Numbered from the stretch's first letter, positions 48,191 through 58,764 are shown. The stretch: 64,000 bases of DNA from an uncultured Candidatus Rokubacteria bacterium (GCA_963758635.1 CAVWWD010000005.1:480001-544000); one strand, 5' to 3'. The notes: generated from the letters alone by a model not told the origin. Numbers and translations are program-made.

Positions 48191-48868
48191 ATGGCTCCCC
48201 CAGCCCGCAAGGACACGCTCGTGGATACCGAGGTGCGCGAGAAGATCCACCTCGAGATCCTCAAGCGGACCGGCGCCTACCACGCCAACGACCACATCCT
48301 CCTCCCTTCCGGCCAGCACACGAGCGAGTACATCGAGAAGACCCTGGTGACGACCGAGCCGTCGTTCACCGAGGGGCTCGGCGCGGTCATCGCCAAGCAC
48401 TTCGCGCCGTGGCCGATCAACGTCGTCCTGTCCACGGGGCCGGGGGCGCTGATCCTCTCGCATTGCGTGGCGCGCGCGCACCCGTCGCGGCCCACCGTGA
48501 TGTACGGCACGAAGGGCGTGAGCGGTGGCCGCCGGCGCGTGACGCTTCCCGTGGAGTTCCACCGGCTGATCCGGCCCACCTCGAAGGTCCTCGTCGTGGA
48601 GGACCTGGTGAGCTCGGGGCAGACCGTGCGGCTCCTCTCCGAGCTCGTCGAGGGCCTGGGCGGACAGGTCATGGGCATCGGCGCCCTCTGGCGCCGCACG
48701 CGCAAGACCGAGATCGACGGCAAGCCCATCTTCAGCCTCGTGAGCCGCGACTTCCCCACCTACCCGCCGGACGCGTGCCCGCTGTGCAAGAAGGGCGTTG
48801 CCCTCAACGAGGAGTTCGTGAAGCGCCGCGAGCATCGCAAGGGCTCCTCGGCCCACGAGACGAGCTGA
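48191..48868 (+). CDS. Type I phosphoribosyltransferase (PyrE-like)
   Basis: AGGAGG SD; LLPSGQH, PRPP motif LVVEDLVSSG and CPLC. Confidence 0.75.
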   Translation: MAPPARKDTLVDTEVREKIHLEILKRTGAYHANDHILLPSGQHTSEYIEKTLVTTEPSFTEGLGAVIAKHFAPWPINVVLSTGPGALILSHCVARAHPSRPTVMYGTKGVSGGRRRVTLPVEFHRLIRPTSKVLVVEDLVSSGQTVRLLSELVEGLGGQVMGIGALWRRTRKTEIDGKPIFSLVSRDFPTYPPDACPLCKKGVALNEEFVKRREHRKGSSAHETS

Positions 48869-48930
48869 CTCCCGACCCCCACATCTTGAGTCCCCGAGGG
48901 CTCAGGAACCCCGCCGAAGGTATTTTCTCC

Positions 48931-48960
48931 TTGACACGCCTCCGCGCCGCCTCGTAGAGT
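48931..48960 (+). promoter_or_regulatory. Sigma70-type promoter of the micro-ORF
   Basis: TTGACA-18 nt-TAGAGT with an AT-rich upstream tract. Confidence 0.7.
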
Positions 48961-49013
48961 CCGGATCAATCCAGAACCGCCGGACGCGCGGGGATCGGGA
49001 GGGGGGTGACATC

Positions 49014-49052
49014 ATGGCGAAGAAGAAGGCCGCCAAGAAGAAGAAGAAGTAA
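49014..49052 (+). CDS. 12-aa Lys-rich micropeptide MAKKKAAKKKKK
   Basis: SD-like GGAGGGGGGTGA, ATG, eight AAG codons, TAA; upstream promoter and downstream hairpin. Confidence 0.6.
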   Translation: MAKKKAAKKKKK

Positions 49053-49278
49053 GGCGCCCCCTTTGGCGCTCGGCCCTGTCGGCCCCATCCCGGCAGGGCC
49101 GCACCATCTCCGGACCCCCCCCGGAACACATCGCATCGACGACCACGCTACCGAACCCGAAGGTCCGACGCACCGGCCAAGACGTCTCTCACATGAGCCG
49201 TCTCCCCGTGCCGACGAGCTCTCGATCGAACGCCAAGCGCTCGCGTAGAGCAGATGGCTTCGATGCTACGAAGACCGC

Positions 49279-49318
49279 GGGTGCGGGCGGGCGAAGCCCG
49301 GGTGCCCGCACCTGGTGA
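49279..49318 (-). repeat. REP-like palindrome (family D, copy 1)
   Basis: TCACCAGGTGCGGGCACCCGGGCTTCGCCCGCCCGCACC; second copy at 56761. Confidence 0.8.
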
Positions 49319-49385
49319 GGCAGGGAGGAGCGCGCCGTCAGGCGCGCGACGACCGTCGGAAGGGGGGCGCAGCCCCCCTCCGAGC

Positions 49386-49886
49386 TCACCGTCGGGCGGG
49401 GACCTTCGCGGGCTTGGCGGACTTGCCCTTGTCGCCGTCCTTGAGCAGGCCCTTCACCTCGTCCATGAACTGGTTGATGTCCTTGAACTGCCGGTAGACG
49501 GAGGCGAAGCGCACGTAGGCGACCTGGTCGAGCTTCTGCAGGTGCTCCATCACGAGCTCGCCCAGCTCCTTGCTCGTGATCTCCTTCTCGGCGCGCTCGT
49601 GCAGGCGTCCCTCGATCTCGCCGACGACGTCGTCGACCGCGGGGACGCCGACCGAGCGCTTCTCGCAGGCCTTGAGGATGGAGCCGCGGAGCTTCTGACG
49701 GTCGAACGGCTCGCGCCGCCCGTCGCGCTTGACCACGTGCGGCAGGACGTCCTCGATGTACTCGTACGTGGTGTACCGGCGATGGCACTTCAGGCACTCG
49801 CGGCGCCGCCGGATGAACTCCCCTTCGCGGCCGACCCGCGAGTCGACCACCCGATCCTCGGTGTGGCCACAGAACGGGCACCTCAC
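49386..49886 (-). CDS. nrdR: Transcriptional repressor NrdR
   Basis: CPFC...VVDSR...IRRRREC; ATP cone; [10 protein letters not shown]. Confidence 0.97.
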   Translation of the reverse strand: MRCPFCGHTEDRVVDSRVGREGEFIRRRRECLKCHRRYTTYEYIEDVLPHVVKRDGRREPFDRQKLRGSILKACEKRSVGVPAVDDVVGEIEGRLHERAEKEITSKELGELVMEHLQKLDQVAYVRFASVYRQFKDINQFMDEVKGLLKDGDKGKSAKPAKVPARR

Positions 49887-51136
49887 CGCAGGTGCTCCGC
49901 GTAGAGCGGGAAGCGTCCGGTGAGCTCCTGGACCTGCGTCTGCGCCACCGACTCGGTCGCGGCGTTGCCGAGGTCCCCGAGCACGCGATCGATGAGCGCG
50001 GCGATTTCCCCCATCTCCGCCTCTTTCATCCCGCGCGTGGTGACGGCGGGCGTGCCGATCCGGATGCCGCTCGTGACGGTGGGGCCCTTGGTGTCGAACG
50101 GGATCCCGTTCTTGTTCACGGTGATCCAGGCGCGGTCGAGCGCCTCCTGCGCGTCCTTGCCGGTGATGCCGCGGGGCGTGAGGTCGACGAGGATGAGGTG
50201 CGTGTCGGTCCCGCCGGACACGAGGCGGAACCCGCGGCCCATGAGGGCATCGGCGAGGGCGCGCGCGTTGTTGACGATCTGCTGCTGGTAGGCGCGCCAC
50301 TCGGGGGTCTGCGCCTCGCGGAACGCCACCGCCTTGGCCGCGATGACGTGCATGAGGGGCCCGCCCTGGATGCCGGGCAGCACCACCCGGTCCAGCGCGC
50401 TGGCGTGCGCGGCCCGGCACATGACCATGCCGCCGCGCGGGCCGCGCAGCGTCTTGTGCGTGGTGGTCGTGACGAAGTCGGCGTGGGGCACCGGCGAGGG
50501 ATGGAGCCCCGCCGCCACCAGGCCCGCGGGGTGCGCGATGTCGGCCATCAGGGCCGCGCCCACCTCGTCCGCGATCTGCCGGAACGGAACGAAGTCGATG
50601 GCGCGCGGGAAGGCCGACCCGCCGGCGATGATCAGCTTCGGCCGATGCTCGCGGGCGAGGTCGCGCACCTGGTCCAGGTCGATCAGCTCGGTGTCCTTGC
50701 GAACGCCGTACGGCACGATCCGGTAGAGCTTGCCCGAGAAGTTCATCGGGCTGCCCGCGGTGAGGTGCCCGCCGTGGGCGAGGTTGGGCCCCAGCACCAC
50801 GTCGCCCGGCTTGAGCAGCGTGAAGTAGACGGCCATGTTGGCCTGCGAGCCGGAGTGCGGCTGCACGTTCACGTGCTCGGCCCCGAAGAGCTGCTTGCCC
50901 CGCGCGATGGCCAGCTCCTCGGCGACGTCGACGACCTCGCAGCCGCCGTAGTAGCGCCGGCCGGGGTAGCCTTCCGCGTACTTGTTGGTGAGCACGGAGC
51001 CGACGGCCTCGAGCACGGCGTCGGACACGAAGTTCTCGGACGCGATCAGCTCGAGGTTGCGCGCCTGGCGCTCCGTCTCCTGGCGGATCGCCTTGGCGAT
51101 CTCGGGATCGACTTGCTCGATGGAGCCGCGGATCAT
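49883..51136 (-). CDS. glyA: Serine hydroxymethyltransferase
   Basis: [15 protein letters not shown] and [13 protein letters not shown] motifs. Confidence 0.98.
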   Translation of the reverse strand: MIRGSIEQVDPEIAKAIRQETERQARNLELIASENFVSDAVLEAVGSVLTNKYAEGYPGRRYYGGCEVVDVAEELAIARGKQLFGAEHVNVQPHSGSQANMAVYFTLLKPGDVVLGPNLAHGGHLTAGSPMNFSGKLYRIVPYGVRKDTELIDLDQVRDLAREHRPKLIIAGGSAFPRAIDFVPFRQIADEVGAALMADIAHPAGLVAAGLHPSPVPHADFVTTTTHKTLRGPRGGMVMCRAAHASALDRVVLPGIQGGPLMHVIAAKAVAFREAQTPEWRAYQQQIVNNARALADALMGRGFRLVSGGTDTHLILVDLTPRGITGKDAQEALDRAWITVNKNGIPFDTKGPTVTSGIRIGTPAVTTRGMKEAEMGEIAALIDRVLGDLGNAATESVAQTQVQELTGRFPLYAEHLR

Positions 51137-51597
51137 GCGCTGCGCCCTCCGCTGAAGCGTCCCTCCAGCTCGGCGATCTTGGCCAGCCGGCGGCGGTGGC
51201 GGTCCCCCTGGAACGCGGTGGCGAGCCAGGTGGCGAGGATCTCCACGGCCGCGTCGGGAGCAAGCAGCCGGCCTCCGAGGGCCAGCACGTTGGCGTCGTT
51301 GTGCTCGCGGCTCATCCGCGCCGTGTAGAGGTCGCCGCAGGTGGCGGCGCGCACGCCGGGGACCTTGTTGGCGGCGATGGCCATGCCGATGCCGGTGCCG
51401 CAGACGAGCACGCCGGTCTCCACCTTGTCCGCCGCGACCGCCTCGGCGACCTGAGCGGCGTAGTCCGGGTAGTCGACGGAGTCGGGAGAGTGGGTGCCGA
51501 AGTCGAGGATCTGGTGGCCCTGATCGATGAGCCAGGCCTTCAGCGCCTCCTTCAGCTCCCAGCCCGCGTGATCGGCGCCGAGCGCGACGGAAGCCAT
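51133..51597 (-). CDS. rpiB: Ribose-5-phosphate isomerase B
   Basis: GADHAG, DYPD, CGTGIG and HNDAN motifs. Confidence 0.97.
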   Translation of the reverse strand: MASVALGADHAGWELKEALKAWLIDQGHQILDFGTHSPDSVDYPDYAAQVAEAVAADKVETGVLVCGTGIGMAIAANKVPGVRAATCGDLYTARMSREHNDANVLALGGRLLAPDAAVEILATWLATAFQGDRHRRRLAKIAELEGRFSGGRSA

Positions 51598-51698
51598 GGC
51601 GGGCCAACCTTACGCTCTGTCGGGGACGAGTGTCAAGGAGCCCCCACATCTAGTGCCGCGAGGGCGGAGCGGCTATCATCGCATCCGGCAAGGAGTTC

Positions 51699-51786
51699 GT
51701 GAAACGAATGACGAGACGGCTCCGCGTGTCTACGCAGAAGCGCGATGTCGACACGCGCGGCGAAGTCGAGATCGGCGTTCTTTCAC
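51699..51786 (+). repeat. Family B element, copy 4 (most diverged)
   Basis: GTGAAACGAATG...CGCAGAAGCGCG...CGTTCTTTCAC. Confidence 0.8.
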
Positions 51787-51805
51787 AACCCCCAGGAGGA
51801 TCTCC

Positions 51806-52336
51806 ATGAGCGAGGACGCGAAGAGCGGCCCGCGCTTCGGCGTGGGCAGCATCGTGCGGCACGTGCAGTTCGGCGTCGGGCGCGTGGTCGCGCTCGAGCC
51901 CACGGAGTACGTGATCGTGTTCCGGGGCGGCGACACGCGCCGCGTCGCCTTCGCCTACGACGGCCTCGAGGCGGAGCAGCGGGCCGGCGACCCGGAGCTG
52001 GACCGGATCCGCCAGGCGGTGAGCGAGGTCCTCGGCGACCACGGCTGGATCGACGTGGACCTCGAGATGGCCCGGCGGTGGACGGGCGGCACGTTGCGCA
52101 TGATCCCGGGCAAGGCCGACACGCAGTCCAAGGACATCCCGATCGAGGTGTTCTTCAAGAAGCTCGTGGCGATCCGGGACCGCCTGCGGGTGCTCGAGCA
52201 GAAGGTCAACAGCCAGCCCGAGCTGCCGAACGAGGCCAAGCTGGAATTGCAGGGCTACATCACGCGCTGCTACGGCAGCCTCACCACGTTCAACGTGCTC
52301 TTCTCCGCCAAGGGAAGCAACTTCGAGGGGCAGTAG
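51806..52336 (+). CDS. Hypothetical protein (N-terminal Tudor/SH3-like segment)
   Basis: AGGAGG SD; GSIVRHVQFGVGRV...RDRLRVLEQKVN...YITRCYGSLTTFN. Confidence 0.8.
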   Translation: MSEDAKSGPRFGVGSIVRHVQFGVGRVVALEPTEYVIVFRGGDTRRVAFAYDGLEAEQRAGDPELDRIRQAVSEVLGDHGWIDVDLEMARRWTGGTLRMIPGKADTQSKDIPIEVFFKKLVAIRDRLRVLEQKVNSQPELPNEAKLELQGYITRCYGSLTTFNVLFSAKGSNFEGQ

Positions 52337-52392
52337 GCGGGACGGCCCGGGGCCGGTGTGGCACACTGAATGGGTATTCAGGGAGCCACGCC

Positions 52393-53634
52393 GTGCCCGA
52401 TAGATCAGAACTCCTCAACCAGCTCCGGATCGACAGGACGGCCGCGACCGGCCGCCGCCGCTATCGTCGGGCGGCGATCGCCGGCCTCGTGCTGCTCGCC
52501 GCCGTCGCGGGCTCGCTCTGGTTCGCCCGGGCGCAGTCCGACGCCCTCACCGTGCGCACGGCGGTGGCGCGCGGCGCCGCCCAGGCCCCGGGCGCGGCCA
52601 CCGTGCTCGACGCCAGCGGCTACGTCACCGCCCGCCGCCAGGCCACCGTCTCCGCCAAGGTCACGGGCAAGATCGTCGAGGTGCTCCTCGAGGAGGGCAT
52701 GCGGGTCGAGGAGGGCGCCGTGCTCGCCCGTCTCGACGACACCGAGGCGCGCGCCCAGCTCGCCCTCGCCCGCGCCCAGCTCGCCGCGGCCCGCACCGCG
52801 GTCGCGGAGGTGGAGGCGCAGCTCGTCCAGGCCGAGCGCGATTACACCCGCCAGGAGGAGCTGCACCGCCGCGAGCTCGTGAGCGCCCAGTCGATCGACG
52901 CCGCGCGCGCCCAGCGCGACATGCTCCGTGCCCGGCTCGCCATCACCGGCGAGCAGATCAAGGTGGCGCAGGAGTCGGTGGACGTGGCCCAGGTGCAGAT
53001 GGACAACACGGTGATCCGAGCGCCCTTCGCGGGCGTCGTGGTCACCAAGGCCGCGCAGCCCGGCGAGATGATCTCGCCCATCTCCGCGGGCGGGGGCTTC
53101 ACCCGCACCGGCATCGGCACCATCGTGGACATGGACTCGCTCGAGATCCAGGTGGACGTGAACGAGGCCTACATCAACCGCGTCGTCCCCGGCCAGCGCG
53201 TCGAGGCGGTGCTGAACGCGTACCCGGACTGGAAGATCCCGGGCTCGGTGATCGCGACCATCCCCACCGCCGACCGGAACAAGGCCACGGTCAAGGTGCG
53301 GATCGCCATCGCGAAGAAAGACTCGCGCATCTTGCCCGACATGGGCGTGCGTGTGTCGTTCCTCGGGGCCGCGGGCGCGCCGGGCACCCCCGCGGCGGGG
53401 GCGCGGCCGGCGGGCGTGCTCGTGCCCGCCGAGGCCATCCGCACCGAGGGAACGCAGAGCGTCGTCTTCGTGTATGCCGCGGACCGCGTCCAGCGCCGCG
53501 CCGTCACGCTGGGCCCCCTCGTGGGCGGCCAGCGCCAGCTCCTGACCGGCGTCCGCGACGGCGAGCAGGTCGTGCTGTCCCCGCCCGCGTCGCTCAAGGA
53601 CGGCGACACGGTCACGGTCGGCCGCGCCGGCTGA
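52393..53634 (+). CDS. Efflux membrane-fusion (periplasmic adaptor) protein
   Basis: [23 protein letters not shown] and PDMGVRV motifs. Confidence 0.92.
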   Translation: MPDRSELLNQLRIDRTAATGRRRYRRAAIAGLVLLAAVAGSLWFARAQSDALTVRTAVARGAAQAPGAATVLDASGYVTARRQATVSAKVTGKIVEVLLEEGMRVEEGAVLARLDDTEARAQLALARAQLAAARTAVAEVEAQLVQAERDYTRQEELHRRELVSAQSIDAARAQRDMLRARLAITGEQIKVAQESVDVAQVQMDNTVIRAPFAGVVVTKAAQPGEMISPISAGGGFTRTGIGTIVDMDSLEIQVDVNEAYINRVVPGQRVEAVLNAYPDWKIPGSVIATIPTADRNKATVKVRIAIAKKDSRILPDMGVRVSFLGAAGAPGTPAAGARPAGVLVPAEAIRTEGTQSVVFVYAADRVQRRAVTLGPLVGGQRQLLTGVRDGEQVVLSPPASLKDGDTVTVGRAG

Positions 53635-53642
53635 GCTCCTCC

Positions 53643-54329
53643 GTGGGAACGCTCGTCGAGATCCGCGGCGTGACGAAGGCGTACCACCGCGGAGGGGAGA
53701 CCATCGAGGTCCTCCACGGCGTCGACATCGACATCCCCGTGGGGGACTTCGTCGCCCTGATGGGCCCCTCCGGCTCCGGCAAGACCACGCTCCTCAACCT
53801 GATCGGCGGCCTCGACCGGCCCAGCGGCGGCAGCATCGTCGTGGACGGCCTGCGCATCGACCAGCTCGGCAGCGGGGAGCTCTCGCGGTGGCGGGCCGCC
53901 AACGTCGGCTTCGTCTTCCAGTCCTACAACCTCCTGCCCGTGCTCTCCGCGCAGAAGAACGTGGAGCTTCCCCTGCTCCTCACCGACCTGTCCGCGGCGG
54001 AGCGCCGGCGCCACGCCGCCATCGCGCTCACCCTGGTCGGCCTCCAGGACCGAGCGCGGCACAAGCCGAAGGAGCTCTCCGGCGGCCAGGAGCAGCGCGT
54101 GGCCATCGCGCGCGCCATCGTGTCCGACCCCACGCTCCTCGTCTGCGACGAGCCGACGGGCGACCTCGACCGCGCCACCGCCGACGAGATCCTGGCCCTC
54201 CTCCGGATGCTGAACGAGGAGCACGGCAAGACCATCGTGATGGTCACCCACGACCCCAAGGCGGCCGAGCACGCGCGCCGCTCACTCCACCTCGACAAGG
54301 GCACGCTGGCCGCCGCAAGCGCCCCGTGA
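53643..54329 (+). CDS. ABC transporter ATP-binding protein (LolD/MacB-type)
   Basis: [13 protein letters not shown] and DEPTG motifs. Confidence 0.95.
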   Translation: MGTLVEIRGVTKAYHRGGETIEVLHGVDIDIPVGDFVALMGPSGSGKTTLLNLIGGLDRPSGGSIVVDGLRIDQLGSGELSRWRAANVGFVFQSYNLLPVLSAQKNVELPLLLTDLSAAERRRHAAIALTLVGLQDRARHKPKELSGGQEQRVAIARAIVSDPTLLVCDEPTGDLDRATADEILALLRMLNEEHGKTIVMVTHDPKAAEHARRSLHLDKGTLAAASAP

Positions 54330-55492
54330 AGTACCTGCCGCTCCTCTGGGCCGGGCTCTTCCGCCGGAAGACCCGCACGGTCCTCACCCTGGCGTCGATC
54401 ATCGTGGCGTTCCTGCTGTTCGGCCTGCTCCAGTCGGTGCGCGTCGCCTTCGAGTCCGGCGCGGCGAGCGCCGACGACAAGCGGCTCCTGACCACCGCGC
54501 GCTACTCGATCATCGAGCCCCTGCCCATCGCCTACCTGCGGCGGATCGAGCAGGTCCCGGGCGTGGTCGGGGTCGCCCACGCCGACTGGTTCGGGGCCCG
54601 GTACCAGAACGAGTCGAACGCGTTCCCGGTGTTCGCGGTCGAGCCCCGCCGCTACCTCGCCATGTACCCCGAGTTCAGCATCGACCCCGCGCAGCTCGAG
54701 GCGTTCGCGGCCACGCGGACCGGCGCGGTGGCGGGCAAGCGGCTCGTCGACCGGTTCGGCTGGACGGTGGGCCAAAAGCTCCCGATCGCCTCGGAGATCC
54801 ACGCGCGCGCCGACGGCGACCTCAACTGGGAGTTCGACCTCGTGGGCGTGATCGACGCCGATGACCCCGCGGTGCGCGGCAACACCGACATGGTGCTGAT
54901 CAACGTCGCCTACTTCGACGAGGCGCGCGCGCTCGGCCGCGGCAAGACGGGCTGGTACATCGTCCGCGTCGAGGACTCCTCCCAGGCGCGCGCCGTCTCC
55001 GCGGAGATCGACCGGATCTTCGCCAACTCTCCCGACGAGACCAAGACCCAGCCGGAGAAGGAGTTCGCCGTGGGGTTCGCGCGGCAGATCGGCGACATCG
55101 GGATGCTCGTCACGCGGATCCTCGCCGCCGTCTTCTTCACGATCCTGATCCTGACCGGCAACACCATGGCGCAGTCGCTGCGCGAGCGCATCCCCGAGCT
55201 GGCGATCCTCAAGACGCTGGGCTTCTCGGACGCCCGGGTCACCCTGCTCGTGCTCGCGGAGGCCGGGCTGCTGCTCCTGATCGGCGGCGGCATCGGGATG
55301 GGCGGCGCCGTCGCCGTCATGCCCGTCCTGAACGGCGCGACGGGCGGGCGCTTTCCCCCGCTCTTCGTGACCGGCACGACCTGGGCGGTCGCCGCGGCCC
55401 TCGTCGTCGGCCTCGCCTTCGCGGTGGGGCTGCCGCCCGCGTACCGGGCGCGGCGCCTGCGCATCGTCGAGGCGCTGGCGGGCCGGCGGTAA
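54326..55492 (+). CDS. ABC transporter permease (FtsX/MacB-type)
   Basis: RRKTRTVLT and [15 protein letters not shown]. Confidence 0.92.
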   Translation: MKYLPLLWAGLFRRKTRTVLTLASIIVAFLLFGLLQSVRVAFESGAASADDKRLLTTARYSIIEPLPIAYLRRIEQVPGVVGVAHADWFGARYQNESNAFPVFAVEPRRYLAMYPEFSIDPAQLEAFAATRTGAVAGKRLVDRFGWTVGQKLPIASEIHARADGDLNWEFDLVGVIDADDPAVRGNTDMVLINVAYFDEARALGRGKTGWYIVRVEDSSQARAVSAEIDRIFANSPDETKTQPEKEFAVGFARQIGDIGMLVTRILAAVFFTILILTGNTMAQSLRERIPELAILKTLGFSDARVTLLVLAEAGLLLLIGGGIGMGGAVAVMPVLNGATGGRFPPLFVTGTTWAVAAALVVGLAFAVGLPPAYRARRLRIVEALAGRR

Positions 55493-55570
55493 TGACCCTC
55501 GCAGCATGCGGTAACCGCCACGGGCCTCTACAGTCCCACCGCTCGGCGTCAGTCTGATGCGCGGGGCTAG
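55493..55570 (+). repeat. Family C element, copy 4
   Basis: TGACCCTCGCAGCATGCGGTAACCGCCACGGGCCTCTACAGTCCCACCG...GTCTGATGCGCGGGGCTAG. Confidence 0.85.
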
Positions 55571-55574
55571 ACCG

Positions 55575-56759
55575 ATGCGCCAGGTCGTCCGGATCACGAT
55601 GATCAACCTGCTCACGGTGCCGCGCCGCGCCGGCACCTCGCTGGTGGTCGTCGTCGGCATCGCGGGGGTCGTGGGCGTCCTCGTCTCCGTGCTCGCCATG
55701 TCCGAGGGCTTCCGCCACACGCTGGCGAGCACCGGGCGCCCCGAGCGGGTGATCATGCTGCGCGCGGGCTCGGACGCGGAGCTGTCGAGCGGCGTGGCCC
55801 GCGACCAGGCCACGCTGCTCGCCGCGCTGCCGCCCGTCGGCCGCGACGCCCGCGGCCGGCCGCTGGCCTCCGCCGAGCTCGTGGTGATGGTCGACCTGCC
55901 GCGCAAGGGCGAGAGCCATCCCAACAACGTGCCGTTCCGGGGGGTCCAGCCCGCGGCGTTCGACATCCGCGACGAGGTGCGCGTCGTCGAGGGCCGGCGA
56001 TTCTCCGGCGGCCTGCGCGAGGTGATCGTCGGCAGGAAGGCGGCGGCGCAGTTCGAGGGCCTCGTCGTGGGCTCCCGCATCGCGTTCCGCGACAGCGACT
56101 GGACGGTGGTGGGAACGTTCGAGAGCGCGGGCGACGTCCACGAGTCGGAGATCTGGGCCGACGCCGAGGTGGCGATGTCCGCGTTCCGGCGGACGGGGTT
56201 CCAGTCCGTCACCGCGACCCTCGCCGACCCGTCGCCGGCCGGCCTCGCCGAGCTCGCCGAGGCGATCCGCCGCGACCGGCGCCTGTCCATCACCCCCGTG
56301 CGCGAGCCCGAGTACTACGCGAGGCAGGCGAAGGTCCTGTCCACGCTGATCAACGTCCTGGGCTACACGGTGGCCGCGTTCATGGCGGTGGGCGCCACGT
56401 TCGGGGCGCTCAACTGCATGTACTCGGCGGTGGCCAGCCGCCAGGTCGAGATCGCCACGCTGCGCGCCATCGGGTTCGGGGGCGTGTCGGTCGTGGTCTC
56501 GGTGATGGTGGAAGCCATGGTCCTCGCCACGGTGGGGGGCGCGGTGGGCGGCGCCCTCGCCTGGGTCTACTGCGACGGCGCGTCGGTCTCGACGCTGAAC
56601 TTCAACACCTTCTCCCAGGTGGCGTTCGACTTCCGCGTCACCCCCGGCCTCCTCGCCCGTGGGCTCGGGTGGGCGCTCCTCATCGGCGCCGCGGGCGGGC
56701 TCCTGCCCGCCATCCGCGCCGCCCGCGCCCCGGTGACGGTGGCCCTCCGCGCGCTCTAA
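55575..56759 (+). CDS. ABC transporter permease (FtsX/MacB-type)
   Basis: EIATLRAIGF and LLPAIRAAR. Confidence 0.92.
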   Translation: MRQVVRITMINLLTVPRRAGTSLVVVVGIAGVVGVLVSVLAMSEGFRHTLASTGRPERVIMLRAGSDAELSSGVARDQATLLAALPPVGRDARGRPLASAELVVMVDLPRKGESHPNNVPFRGVQPAAFDIRDEVRVVEGRRFSGGLREVIVGRKAAAQFEGLVVGSRIAFRDSDWTVVGTFESAGDVHESEIWADAEVAMSAFRRTGFQSVTATLADPSPAGLAELAEAIRRDRRLSITPVREPEYYARQAKVLSTLINVLGYTVAAFMAVGATFGALNCMYSAVASRQVEIATLRAIGFGGVSVVVSVMVEAMVLATVGGAVGGALAWVYCDGASVSTLNFNTFSQVAFDFRVTPGLLARGLGWALLIGAAGGLLPAIRAARAPVTVALRAL

Positions 56760-56760
56760 A

Positions 56761-56799
56761 TCACCAGGTGCGGGCGCCCGGGCTTCGCCCGCCCGCACC
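56761..56799 (+). repeat. REP-like palindrome (family D, copy 2)
   Basis: TCACCAGGTGCGGGCGCCCGGGCTTCGCCCGCCCGCACC directly after the permease stop. Confidence 0.8.
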
Positions 56800-56840
56800 G
56801 TGCGCCTCGTCGCCCCGGCCGCCGCGCCTCCGGGCGAGAA

Positions 56841-57330
56841 TCAGCGGATCACCAGGGGCACGAAGACGGCCTCGCGGCCGGTGATCGCGGCGCCGGCCCG
56901 CGTGTAGACGCCCGGGACCTCCGCGCCAGCCAGGAACACGCCGAAGACGAGCACGCGCTCCTCGGTCCGCCAGCCGCGGGCGGTGGCGACGGGCACGCGC
57001 GCCCGCGCGAGGTCCACGCGCTCCTGGTAGACGACGTCCGCGCGCCGCGCCCGCCGTCGCTCGGCCGGCGAGAACCCCAGAAGTACGCTCGTCCGAGCGT
57101 CACCGTGCCGCGATCAGGTCGTGGCGGCGGGACGGCGGGCCCGGCGCGCGGCGGGCCGAGACGGTCCGCGCGCGGCAGCGCGACCATCGGCCTCCGCGAC
57201 GGGACGCAGCACGGGCGGCAGCTCGAAGACGAGGGCGACCCGGATCTGCTCCGCGCCGCGAGCCGCGGATCGACGGTCGAGCGGCACGGGCGTCCCGACC
57301 TCGTCCTCGCCCGGTCCGCTCTGGAGGCAC
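56841..57330 (-). pseudogene. Decayed gene; the C-terminus resembles glutathionylspermidine-synthase-type ATP-grasp ligases
   Basis: VVYQERVDL...VLVFGVFLAGAEVPGVYTRAGAAITGREAVFVPLVIR*; upstream part broken; 5' boundary uncertain. Confidence 0.45.
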
Positions 57331-57500
57331 TAGCGGAGCAGCAGGCGAGCGGTGAAGCCTCGCGGGCCCGGGGTCGGCGTCGCTCCCTACCCGCCGGAGC
57401 TCCCCGAGCTCCGAAAGCTCGATCCCGTACGACGAGGAGCCCGAGGCAGCGACCAGAAGCTCCACCGCGACCTGGGGCGCTCGCTAGCGCGCATTATATG

Positions 57501-58764
57501 TCAGCCTCGCGACGGGGCCGTCCCTTCCGGCATCCCCGCGACGACGTGGGTGGGCCCGCCGGCGCGGACCCGCGACAGGAGCACGAGGCCGACGACGAAG
57601 AAGGCGCCGATGGCGAGGATGCCCGCCCGCTGGTTGCCGCCGGCGGCGTGGGAGATGCCGCCGAACACGAGCGGCCCCATCACCGCCGCCGTCTTGCCGC
57701 ACAGCGTGTAGAACCCGAAGATCGCGGCCTCCTTCCCCTTCGGGATGAGCGACGTGAGGAACGTGCGGTTGGCGGCCTGCACGGCGCCGAGACCTGTCCC
57801 GGCGAAGACGGCGAGGACGAAGAACTGCCCCTGCGTCTGGACGAACCACGCGGCGATCACCACCAGGCTCCACTGGCAGAGCGTGATCATGACCACGCGC
57901 TTGGGGCCGAGCCGGTCCGTGGGCCACGACCAGGCGAGCGCCCCCACCAGCGCCGAGACCTGGACCACGATGTACAGGACGATGAGCCGGTCCATCGGGA
58001 AGCCGAGCGTCTGCGCGGCGAAGATGGCCGAGAACGCGATGACGGTGTTCACCCCGTCCTCGTAGATGAAGAACGCGCCGAGGAAGCGGCGCAGCTCCCG
58101 GTGGCCGAGGATGACGGCGCGCCGTCGCGACCACCTCCGCCGCGCCCTCGCGCGCCGCGCGGAGCACGGACACCGTGCCCCGCGGGGCGCGGCCGGCAGC
58201 AGGAAGAACGCGGGGAGCGCGAAGACACCGTAGAGGACGGCCGTCGACAGGAAGGCCGCATCGAACGCCTCGGCCCGCACGAACGGCAAGCGCGACGAGC
58301 AGCGCCACGATCGAGCCCGCGTACCCGACGGCGAACCCCCAGCCGGAGACGCGGCCCTGGTAGGCGGGCGGGGCGAGCTGCGGCAGGTAGGCGTTGTAGT
58401 AGACCAGGGCGCCCTCGAAGCCGACATTGCCGAGCACGGCGAGCACGAAGCCCCACGCCACCATGCCGGGCTCGACCGTCGACAGGAGGGCGGTCGCGCC
58501 CACGGCCAGCGCGGTGAAGCCGATGAACAGCGGGCGCCGCACCCCGGCACGATCCGCGACGCCGCCGAGGAACGGAGAGGTCAGGGCCACGATGGCCATC
58601 GAGGCGGAGATGACGCGGCCCCACCAGAGGTCGCCGGCGCCGGCGTCGTTGCCCACGACCTCGATGGCGTAATAGGCCGCGTAGATGGTGCCGAGGACGA
58701 CGGCGGCGAACGAGGAGTTCGCGAAGTCGTAGAGGGCCCACGCCACGATCGCGCGGACGTTCAC
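57501..58764 (-). CDS. MFS transporter (UMF1/ATG22-like), frameshifted
   Basis: WALYDFANS, YYNAYLP, YEDGVNT and FGFYTLCGK across two or more frames. Confidence 0.85.
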
